Shown: one piece after another, positions 30,901 to 41,228 of the stretch
Numbering within the stretch: the stretch's first letter is position 1
Layout: each line of letters opens with the position of its first letter
Assembly (NCBI RefSeq): GCF_009914755.1
Contig: NC_060925.1
DNA length: 64,000 nucleotides
Origin: the human T2T-CHM13v2.0 reference genome, Homo sapiens
Reading direction: 5' to 3' (one strand)
The notes under the pieces: generated by a model
Databases searched by the model: none
The model's input: only the letters and a program-made list of their open reading frames with translations
Told to the model about the DNA's origin: nothing
Program-made: the position numbers and the translations under genes

Positions 30901-31299
30901 TAGGGCCTACCATGCAGAGCTGTCCCCTACCCCAAGCTCTCTTGCTCTCCCGTCTCGCCTCCGGAACTGGAATGACTTATCCTGTTCCCCAAAGGCCATT
31001 GTCCCTGACTACTGCCGCCCTGACAACTGACTCTTTGAGTGATGAGAGCACCTGGGCCTGGAGCCTCTTCTGGATGAGGATCCACACTCTATTTTCATCC
31101 CACCTCCTTTTAGCCCCTGAATTCCCTTAGAGTATTAGTGTTAGTATCATGGGTTTTAATATCTCCACTAACCCATCCCATTCTCAGTTCAAGGTCAGCC
31201 TGAGTCCTGGAAGATTCCAAACCTGGGCAGCAGCCCTGTTGCTGTTCCCTGAGGGTCACCTTCATCCCCAAGGGAACAACATGCAGCCAGCTCAGCTCA

Positions 31300-31870
31300 G
31301 GCTCAGCTCACCAACACCTTTGAAGGTGCAACAGCATCTCACTCTGCAGGGGAAGTGCGAAAAGTCAGATGCAGTTCACACTCTCATGCCGCTAGAACCC
31401 GGTAGAAGTTGCCAGGGCAGAGGCTTCATCCGTTCTGTGTGCAAACCACAAATGTTTGCAAGCTAGACCACTTGCGGTTATCCCCTCTGTCTCCTGCCCC
31501 AGCTGCTGCCCTGCAGGGACTCCACACACCCACAGGACCTGCAGCTGAACGAAGTTGAAGACAACTCAGGAGATCTGTTGGAAAGAGAACGATAGAGGAA
31601 AATATATGAATGTTGCCATCTTTAGGTGAGTGGACAAGATTTCTACTTCCTACTTTACTTCCTCACTACTTTTCCCTCTTTCCTAAACAACTGAGTCACC
31701 GAAAAAAATGCCTGGCAGTGTCAAATTAGTTTCCCACTTCCACTGAGTCAGACAATCTAGGGCAAGAAAACTTAGAAAATTCTCTCTGTCCATTCCTGGC
31801 CTCAGCAATAGGCACATCAAATTCCATCAGACTATGTAGAACTTCTCACTTAAAGATTTCCAGGAAGAAC
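31300..31870 (+). promoter_or_regulatory. FCRL6: FCRL6 upstream promoter / first-intron motif cluster
   Basis: RUNX AAACCACA 31443-31450 and TGCGGT 31473-31478; T-box-like AACACCT 31313-31319 and TTCACACT 31375-31382; ETS GGAAGT 31351; AP-1 TGAGTCA 31692 and 31744; GAS TTCCAGGAA 31858-31866. Confidence 0.55.
31610..31625 (+). CDS. FCRL6: FCRL6 alternative upstream exon, coding part (MLPSL-G)
   Basis: ATG TTG CCA TCT TTA G|GTGAGT. Splicing to 33432 gives MLPSLGPMLLW..., in frame with the main CDS. Confidence 0.7.
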
Positions 31871-31880
31871 TTTACTGTCA

Positions 31881-32060
<180 letters not shown>

Positions 32061-32169
32061 CAAGAAAATGAAAATGCTTCCTAGTATTTTGCCTGACTCT
32101 GTGTTTCACCGTGAACTCCCATGTTCTGTCCACAGAGGAGATGAGAATGTGTGACCTCTTTTTCTGTTG

Positions 32170-32800
32170 AGGGAACATTGAATAATTTCCAGTTTTTATC
32201 TATTACAAATGATGCTGCTATGAGCACTCTTGTATATGTTTTTTCAGGCTTATATGTATACATTTCTGTTTGACATTTACCCAGGAGTGAAAATGCTGAG
32301 CCATCAGGGATCCCTGTGTTTAGTTTTGGTAGATTCTGCCAAGCCATTTTCTAGTGACTGTACCAATTTATATTCCCACTAGTGGTGTACAAGAGTTCTA
32401 GTTTCTTCACATCCTCACCAATACTCAGTAGAGGATTGCATGGGGAGGGTCACGGGCTCCCCCAGACCCAGCTCAGTCTCAGCTGGTATCACTCCCTTAT
32501 TCTTATGGAAGGTGTAGTGGTATCTTATTATGGTTTAAATTTGCATTTCCACGGTGATTTATGATGTCTAGCTCCTTTTGCTATGTTGATTTGACACGTG
32601 GATATCTGCTTCTGTGAAGTACCTATCCAATTATTTTTGCCCATTTTTCTAGTATGTTGTCTGTCCTTTTCTTACTGACTTGCAGAAATTCTTATATTTC
32701 TTCTGTGGGCCCTTTGTCAGCTACATGTATTTAAACTATCTCATCACACCACAGCTTGCCTGTTCCTTCTCTTAATGGTGTCTTTTAAGGAATAGTTCTC
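32170..32800 (-). mobile_element. Old L1M fragment in FCRL6 intron 1
   Basis: atttccagtttttatctattacaaatgatgctgctatgagcac...tgtaccaatttatattcccac...ggtttaaatttgcatttcc. Confidence 0.75.
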
Positions 32801-33436
32801 AAAATCATACTGACAGTCTTAAAAGCCTCAGATGCCGAAGCTCCATCTGTGTTCTACTCCAGACTCATCGATGTCTGATTCCCTCCTGAACTGAGGATCC
32901 TGTGAAGCATCCTCAGGGCTCCACTTCTCCATCGCATTGCAGCATCCACACACATTTACCTCTGGAGACAGGAGCTCCTTGGAAGCTGGGAGGTCACTCG
33001 GTGGTCAAGGGGTAGATGATCTTAGTTTTACAGTGCTGCGCTGTCTCCCAGGCTGAATGACGCTGAAGCCAAGCAAATTCGGGCAGTCTCTGGACCTTTC
33101 TAATGGAGGTGTCCCATAACCATGTTCCATCCTAGTTCCCTGGCATAGGCTTGTTGAAGCTGCAGAAAATGTCAGGGATTTATTAGTGATTTACCGACTC
33201 CTTCATACTTAGTGTTCAGGAAAATTTATTCATGTAATACTTCTTCAACCAAAGAGGAAATATCAATTAGAGCTTTGTAAGTTTCTTTTCCACTTCCTAT
33301 TTTGGCTATCAAGCTATAGCACCACCCAGCTCAGGCCACCCACCCACCTTCGGTCCTGAGGCCTGGTTGCTCTCTGCCGGCTTCGCCCTGACCTGTTTCT
33401 GACCTGTGTTCCCTCCGCTGTGCCAGAACAGGCCCC

Positions 33437-33467
33437 ATGCTGCTCTGGACGGCTGTGCTGCTCTTTG
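33437..33467 (+). CDS. FCRL6: FCRL6 signal-peptide exon S1
   Basis: MLLWTAVLLF then G|GTAAGT (phase 1). Confidence 0.95.
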
Positions 33468-36400
33468 GTAAGTCAACGAGCATGGGCATCCCCTCTTGGA
33501 GCACTAAGGACCGTAAGTCATCCCTGAGACACCAAGTTCCTCATCTTACCTTTCCCAATTCCAGTGGGTTTGTGGCTGGAGCTCAAGACAGGTGTGTGCA
33601 CCTGGGCATGCTTGGGAGAGATGGGCACTGGGGTAGGAGAAACTCCTCAGTGTTTCCTACCCCGTAGTCCTGGGTCCTTGGCAGCGCAGCCCTTTGATAT
33701 GTCAGAGATAAATTAGGGAGGCAGAAAATCACATTACAAAGTCCCCTAACTTCCCAATGACATTTCTACCTTGTGACATCAAGTTAAAATACTAATCAGA
33801 GCTGTCTCAAAAGGAAATGGAGGTTGCAGGAGGGAAGGAGGCTGCTGGGGGCAACAGGGAAGGAGTCAGGGAAATGAGGGGAAACAGTCCCAGGCATTTT
33901 GCTCAGCAATGGGAGGTGGAATTTTACAGGGTGACATATTTTTATGGAGCCTCAGCATTTTCTTAGAACCAGGTAACAATGGCCAGACCTCTCACCTGGT
34001 TGAAAGGCCTGTGCTCTGAGTAACCAAAGCCCTTTTCAAATTGACTGTCTCTCTTCCGCCTACATCTTCTCTCTGTTGGGAGCTGTTTCAGATCCATGGG
34101 GCTGGTTTGAAGAATCAACTCCATTGTCTGATCCATGTCTCTCTCTCTCTTCTCTCCATTTCTTCTCATGCAGGCTACTTGTAACTAAGAGAGCTGGTCT
34201 AAGGGTAGAGGATTGCACGCAGAGGGTCACTGGGCTCCCCCAGACCCAGCTCAGTCTCAGCCAGTGTCACCCCCCTTATACCTAAAAGAAATAATTTGGC
34301 ATATATTTTGTTTCACTTTACAGTTTCCAAGTGGACCTACTTTTTGTTTAATTCTTGGTCCCAATAGCTTGCTTGCTATTTGTATTCCTTGAACTAGAAA
34401 AGCAAAACTGTTCCTAAATATAACCTCTTCCTGGACAGAGTTTGTGAGAATTTGACCCTGTGAGGAAAATGCCCCTTCCACTCAATGTTCCTTCTCCAGC
34501 ATAGCATGCTACTCGTGTGTTCTATGAATGGCCATTTGGACAAATGAAAAGGTCTAATGCTCACACTGAGGCGGGGACAGGATAGCCTAATGCCTGGATA
34601 TACTCCAGGCAGAAGACTCCCAGGGGCAAATGGCACTACCGGCACTACCTTGTAAAAGGAACAGCCCTTGGACTTGTCTAGATACAGTCTGAGAGTGTTC
34701 CAGCTTGGAACCCAGGACGAGGATGACAGACAGCAAATGAGGAGAGGAAGGGAATCAGTGACCGGCTGACTGGTGCACAGTGTAATGGAGAATCCAGCAC
34801 CAGCAAATTTGGTCCCACTTGATGCTCAGGGACCCTGGAAAAACAGCCTAAAACACAGGCACTGGGGCTGGGTGTGTAGCAACATTTATCTTACCATAAG
34901 TGTAGAGCTGCTATTTCCTCTCTCAAGAGCAGGGTGTGGTCATAATAAATTGGTGGCTATTACTATTATTGGCTGTCAGGGCTCCGGGAGGAAAGGAATC
35001 CTGACATTGAGCATGTGGGGACCTGGCTGAATGTGAAATATGTATTTAAAGTTTGGGAAATTAGGCTTAATTTTCTTCTGAGCTGAACATTAGCCAACTT
35101 CCCTCCTACCACTGGAGGCTGCTCCCCGCATTCTCACACAGCGTCCATAGGAGGTGTCATGGGGTCCCATACAGCCCTCCCAGCAATGTGACTGCTGCAG
35201 CTTGGCACTGCAGCCTGTTCCACAGTGCTAGAGCTCAGTGGTGAGAGAGTTCTTCATGTTGAGCCGAAATCTGCCTCCATGATCCCTCTAGTTTCCATTT
35301 CTGTCCTATAAAGTAACTCAGAATAAGTCTCCCCCTTCTTTTAAGCTTAGCCCACCAAGTATTTTGTGTCTTTCCTCTGTTGCATCTTTCCCAGATAAAT
35401 ATCTCCCGATCCCTCAGAAACTTTAAGAGGAAATTATCCTGCTCCTAGAGTTGGCAGGGGCTCCTGCCTTCATTTTTCGGAATTCTATTACGCAACTTGG
35501 TTTGACCATAGCTCTTGGCCACTTCATGATACTGTCACCTCATCTTCAGCCTATAGCTAATGGAGGTCCCTGGGCCCTCATTGCAGGAACTGCTGTAAGC
35601 AGGTGTCACCCCCTGTGTATGTTCCCAGTCGGCTGCTGTTTTGATTGCAGAAACCAATTTTGTAATCCCACCTCCAAGATCTTGCAGTACCATGGGGAGC
35701 AAGTCATTGAGATTTGGGGACAGGAGCTCATTTTAAGTGCATCTATGCTTCCTGAGTGCCTTCTGTCTTGTTTTTGGCTTCAGTAGTCTCAACCCTGTTT
35801 GTTTAGCACTTTGTAGCTGCACAATTGTTTTCCAGTGAGGTGGGGAAGGGAAGGAAGACATAACTACAGAGTAAGGTCTCTGTCACTCTGAGGTCAGGCC
35901 TTCTTTCTGCTTTCAGTTAATGTAGTAACCACTTTCCCAGGCAGTGGGTCAACATAACCTTCACAACTACACTGTAAGAAAAAAATGACTATTATCATTT
36001 CTATTATGTGATATGACAGAATGAGATATTGAAGGCTCTTGGAACTTAGACAACTTGTTCAAGGTCATACAGAAAGAGGCAAATTCATGACTCAAGTCCA
36101 GGTCATCTGATTCCAAATCCTGCATGCTTTCCACTACACCGAGCTCATAGATGGGGGTTAGGGGTGGAGATGGAGGGATGATAAAGAAGAGACTCATTGT
36201 TCTGCACACTCTTGAGAGCATATGACTGAGCTGACCCTGAGCTGAATAGAGAATTGAGCTGAAAGATTCCACCTGTGTCCAAAGTAGTGTAGAAAGCAAA
36301 GATGATACCATGTGACAGAGCCAAACATCTGCTCTTAGAGGGTTTTCACCCACCCTTCCCAAGGCCATTCTTGCATTTTTTTTTTGGTGTTATGTAAAAT

Positions 36401-37349
36401 ACCTAGGACATGCCAGCAATGCAGGACACAAGTAAATGTATGAGGATTGGCTGGACTGACTGCACTCAGCCCTACATTCATTCATTGTTTCACACCTTGC
36501 CCCAAAGTCCAGAAGATTCTTCACTGCTTCATATCCAGCTATGACCTTCAATTTCAGGTCTTCCATTGTTTGGGCTATTCAAACCTATCTAACCATATCT
36601 GTCATCATTTTGTGAGTTGGCCCCTCTTCCCAGGTCACCTGTTCTCACACATTCACTCATTTAAAAACATGAATGTAGCACATCCAAGATGCAAGCATGA
36701 TGTGGGATGCATCCAGTTTGTTTGTAGTTCTCTCATTCATCCATGCTGCCTGATAATGTCTCACATCCTTTAATGATTACTCTTTCAGGGGACTTATCCT
36801 CCTCAGTCTGGTCACTTCCATACCCTTTTTGCCAGAGCTCTGTGGAGAGATGGGACCACAAGAATCAGGTCCTGCCCTTGCTATATGGGTTCTCCTGTAG
36901 ATGTTGGAGGTAGGACCCTCAGGCACATTCGTACAAGAGTCTAGTCCTATGTTTTCTACTTTTTGCTTCCCACCTCGTACAATGGGATGCAAAGGAAAAC
37001 ATTCATGCATTTATTCAGCAGATGCTTACTGAACACAGACTATGTTCCAGGCACAGGTCTTGGGCATAGAAAATATAGCAATGAGTAAAATAAGCAGAGT
37101 CCCTGCTACTATGGAGCTTATATTCTAGCCAGAGAGAGAGGTGATAACATGTAGGCAATTTAATGAATAAGATAAATTCAAATAGTGATAAGTGTTTTGA
37201 AGATAATACAATGGGGCATTGTTTTAGTGATTGGGGAAAATTCTTTTGATTGGAGTCCCAGGGAAGACCTGTTTGAGAAGGCAACATTTGAACTGTGATA
37301 GGGCAAAGAGTTCTAGGGAGTACGTCCAGCACAAACGTTGAGTAGTCAA

Positions 37350-37520
37350 GTGGCCGGGTGGTTGGGTGGTTGGGTGGTTGGATGGTTGGATGGTTGGGTG
37401 GTTGGATGGCTGATGGCTGGGTTGTTTGGTGGTTGAGTGGTTATGTGGTTGGATGGTTGGATGGCTGTGTGGATGGGTGGCTAGGAGGTTTGGTGGCCGG
37501 GTGGTTGGTTGAATGGGTGT
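37350..37520 (+). repeat. (TGGN)n G-rich simple repeat
   Basis: ggtggttgggtggttgggtggttggatggttgga... Confidence 0.9.
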
Positions 37521-37607
37521 AAGTCCCCATTGCTGAAGTGACAGGCCTCCTTGTCAGAAAGCTCTTTTTGCTACTTAACCTAATTGTATTACTTTGTTCT
37601 CTTGCAG

Positions 37608-37628
37608 TTCCCTGTGTTGGGAAAACTG
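37608..37628 (+). CDS. FCRL6: FCRL6 21-nt S2 micro-exon (VPCVGKT)
   Basis: ttctcttgcag|TTCCCTGTGTTGGGAAAACTG|gtaagt. A 21-bp second signal exon is a hallmark of FcR/FCRL genes. Missed by the ORF track. Confidence 0.93.
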
Positions 37629-38397
37629 GTAAGTTGTGTCCATGTCTCTTCTAATTCAAAGTATGTCTATGGGCCAAAACTTACTGGATGGGAACAGGAC
37701 AGTGCCATGGGGTCCCCCAGAAACATCTGCAGAGCAGCACCAGACTAGGCCCCTTCCTCAGGAGTCTTGGCCAGTTCCTAGGAAAAGGAGGAACTTGGAA
37801 CTCCACTAGTCTAAGGCCAAGGGTAGTCCTAGGGTGACACAAGCCTCAGCAGTGGGACTCTAGGCCTCTATCTTATACCCTTAAAAGTGTCTGTGGCCTC
37901 TGTCTTCTCTTCAAGTGGTTCTGGAGCTCTTATATTCTCAACTCAACAAGACTGGGACTCCCTTCCTTCCTTTTATGTTCAGAGAAGCAGCAGGCACCTT
38001 TTTCTGCTGATCAGTCTTCCTTCCTTCCTCAGATCCCCTTCCCTCCAGCCCATTCTGTGACACTGACCTCCATGGAGCTTTCTGTCAAACAGGAAAAAAT
38101 TCTGATCTATGAAATCTTGACCTCCAAGGACATATTCTGTGATTCCAGGGGGAGATAATTCAAACCAATACTTAGTGCTGTTAGAAAAAGCAGTAGTGGA
38201 AGCAAGACCTGCTGTTCGGTAATGCGGTGAGCATCGTTACTTCCAGGGTGAGGAGAGTGGGTCCTAAGGATCCAGAAGATCCAGGCAAGAGCAGGATGTG
38301 CTGGGGCTCCCTAACTGTTACTCCTCATTAGTCTCAGGCCATCAGGCCTGCTCAGAAGGCTGTCTGGGAATGGGGGTGTCTGGCTTATCAAAGAGAT

Positions 38398-38448
38398 GAT
38401 ACAGGCTGGGGACAGATACAGGCTGGGGACAGATACAGACTGGGGACA
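38398..38448 (+). repeat. 17-bp tandem repeat x3
   Basis: GATACAGGCTGGGGACA x3 with one mismatch. Confidence 0.9.
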
Positions 38449-39189
38449 GGCTCAGCCTGCCCTGCAGGTGATGGTGGATCCCTGGGAGCTCTTCTCCTGC
38501 TCACATCAGTGCACAGAATACATTTTAGGAATAGAGACAGAGAGAACAGATCCCTTCCATAAAAGTGGTGGAAGATGAAACGCCCTGCTGAGGGTAGAGA
38601 TGGAGGCTGGGCCTAAGGAAGCCCAATGAGGAAGACAGGAGGGAGAGAACTCAGGCTGTGGCACCTCCAACATGCCCCACCAGCTGCTTTCTGGTGGACA
38701 CAGATGCTGCTATTATCAGAAGTGAAGGCTGCAGAAAGTGTCACATTAGGTAGCCACAGGAGGAGAAGCCAATCTAGGCTGGAGGGAATTGAGTCAGGAG
38801 GAATGAGGCAAGACAATGAACAGAATGAATGCAATTAAGCCAAGCTTGGCAAGGCAGACAGGAAAGTGCAATATAAAAGAAGACAAGGAGGGTGGGTGGG
38901 AGGAAAGCCAGAGAGAAGACACAGGGAGAGGAAAGAAGGGGAGGGGAAGGGAAAGGAATAAAGAGAAAGAGGGAAGAGGAAGGAGAGAAGAAGGAAAGGA
39001 AGGAGGAGTAAAGGAAGTCCAGGTCCTGCCCTTCTCTGGTCGGCATGAAGGACTGGAGACAGTGACACCATACCAGTGCCATCCAAGGGCCTCCATCCCC
39101 AGCAGGAGGCCTTAGGCTGGGGGACAGAGGGAGAGAAGTGACTGATGGGACCTGTAGCTCCAGGGCTGCCCTGTTCCTCTGTCTCGCAG

Positions 39190-39456
39190 TCTGGCTGTAC
39201 CTCCAAGCCTGGCCAAACCCTGTGTTTGAAGGAGATGCCCTGACTCTGCGATGTCAGGGATGGAAGAATACACCACTGTCTCAGGTGAAGTTCTACAGAG
39301 ATGGAAAATTCCTTCATTTCTCTAAGGAAAACCAGACTCTGTCCATGGGAGCAGCAACAGTGCAGAGCCGTGGCCAGTACAGCTGCTCTGGGCAGGTGAT
39401 GTATATTCCACAGACATTCACACAAACTTCAGAGACTGCCATGGTTCAAGTCCAAG
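39190..39456 (+). CDS. FCRL6: FCRL6 Ig domain 1 exon
   Basis: VWLYLQAWPNPVFEGDALTLRC...GQYSC...VQVQ; 267 nt, phase 1-1, AG/GT flanks. Confidence 0.96.
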
Positions 39457-39972
39457 GTGAGTCACCAGCTTGGGAGTTTGTGGGGCAGGAGGTGCTGCTC
39501 AAGGGTCCCGTTTCTAGAGGTCAGTAGCTCTCTGGGCTGGACCCCTGTCTCTGGCTGCCCCTCATGCTGGGCCAATGTGTGGGGCCCCGAGGTTTCCCAA
39601 GATGTTGTCTCAATACCCCCCTCTCCCCACCATGGGGGACACATGTAGCCAGGGGAAGGAGGGGGGAGATTCTTGGGAAGGGGGCACTGGGAAGACCCTG
39701 GACCAGTCCAGGCTCACCCTTCCCCTCTATGGACTAGAGGACTTTGAAGGCCCCCTCTGCCTCTGACTTCCAAGATTCCAGAAGGGCCTGGCTGTGTGGG
39801 AGTCATTTCAGAGTTTGTGGGTGAGGGTAAGAGGACGGGTCCTAGGGATGAAACTGCCTCCCATCGGGGTCCCCGGGCTGCAGCCTGAGATGAGTAGAAG
39901 CTCAGGCCTCAGCCTCCTGGGGCTTCATCATCCAGGACTCCCCTCCTGAGTCCTGGGCCTGCATCTCCCCAG

Positions 39973-40257
39973 AGCTGTTTCCACCTCCTGTGCTGAGTGC
40001 CATCCCCTCTCCTGAGCCCCGAGAGGGTAGCCTGGTGACCCTGAGATGTCAGACAAAGCTGCACCCCCTGAGGTCAGCCTTGAGGCTCCTTTTCTCCTTC
40101 CACAAGGACGGCCACACCTTGCAGGACAGGGACCCTCACCCAGAACTCTGCATCCCGGGAGCCAAGGAGGGAGACTCTGGGCTTTACTGGTGTGAGGTGG
40201 CCCCCGAGGGTGGCCAGGTCCAGAAGCAGAGCCCCCAGCTGGAGGTCAGAGTGCAGG
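39973..40257 (+). CDS. FCRL6: FCRL6 Ig domain 2 exon
   Basis: ELFPPPVL...VTLRCQT...DSGLYWCE...VRVQ; 285 nt, phase 1-1. Confidence 0.96.
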
Positions 40258-40413
40258 GTAAGTGCGCGAGAGAGTGGAGATGCCCCCAGGGCCCTGGGCG
40301 TCAGGCAGTGGGATCCCCTGGGACTAAAGGAGTTGGGGGAAGGGTCCCCAGGAGAGGAGGGAGCCAGGGTCCTGGGTGGTCAGGCTGAGCCTCCCACCCC
40401 ATGTGTGTCCCAG

Positions 40414-40695
40414 CTCCTGTATCCCGTCCTGTGCTCACTCTGCACCACGGGCCTGCTGACCCTGCTGTGGGGGACATGGTGCAGCTCCTCTGTGAGGCAC
40501 AGAGGGGCTCCCCTCCGATCCTGTATTCCTTCTACCTTGATGAGAAGATTGTGGGGAACCACTCAGCTCCCTGTGGTGGAACCACCTCCCTCCTCTTCCC
40601 AGTGAAGTCAGAACAGGATGCTGGGAACTACTCCTGCGAGGCTGAGAACAGTGTCTCCAGAGAGAGGAGTGAGCCCAAGAAGCTGTCTCTGAAGG
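40414..40695 (+). CDS. FCRL6: FCRL6 Ig domain 3 exon
   Basis: APVSRPVLTL...LLCEAQRGSPPILYSF...DAGNYSCEAEN...LSLK; 282 nt; FCRL membrane-proximal type domain. Confidence 0.96.
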
Positions 40696-41105
40696 GTGTG
40701 TTTTGTTCTCCAACAGAGCTTTGAGCCCCAGCAAGCTGGCAGGGGTCAGATCTCACCCTCTGTGTACCTCCCATCACGACTGGCACAGTGCTGGACTCAT
40801 GGCAGCCACTGCATGACTGAGCATGGACCCTAATTAGTCCATCTGTCCACTGAGCCTGGCAGAGAAATATTGAAGTCCATGGAGAGTGGGGAGCCTCACG
40901 GGGGGAGCAGTCACGTGGTCACTCGTGGTGTCACCATCATCCTTGCTGCCATCCCCTGAGCCATCCTTCATGCCCATCTATGAGGCTCCCCCAGGCCAGA
41001 CGGTTCCCCTAATATCAGTCATTCTGCCTGTTCTGTGCCAGGCTAGAATGCATTTCCGAATTTTATCTTCAGTGCTCATGGCCACCTTCTTCTCCCTGCT
41101 CCCAG

Positions 41106-41228
41106 GTTCTCAAGTCTTGTTCACTCCCGCCAGCAACTGGCTGGTTCCTTGGCTTCCTGCGAGCCTGCTTGGCCTGATGGTTATTGCTGCTGCACTTCTG
41201 GTTTATGTGAGATCCTGGAGAAAAGCTG
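41106..41228 (+). CDS. FCRL6: FCRL6 transmembrane exon
   Basis: GSQVLFTPASNWLVPWLPASLLGLMVIAAALLVYVRSWRKA; uncharged TM; 123 nt. Confidence 0.95.

Noticed and set aside
38398-38448. Short direct repeats as a possible CRISPR-like array
   Set aside because: Head-to-tail with no spacers in primate intronic DNA; an ordinary minisatellite. No CRISPR, tRNA or rRNA is seen in the window.
38835-39425. 196-aa antisense ORF
   Set aside because: Mirror of the FCRL6 Ig1 exon plus a purine-rich low-complexity tract.
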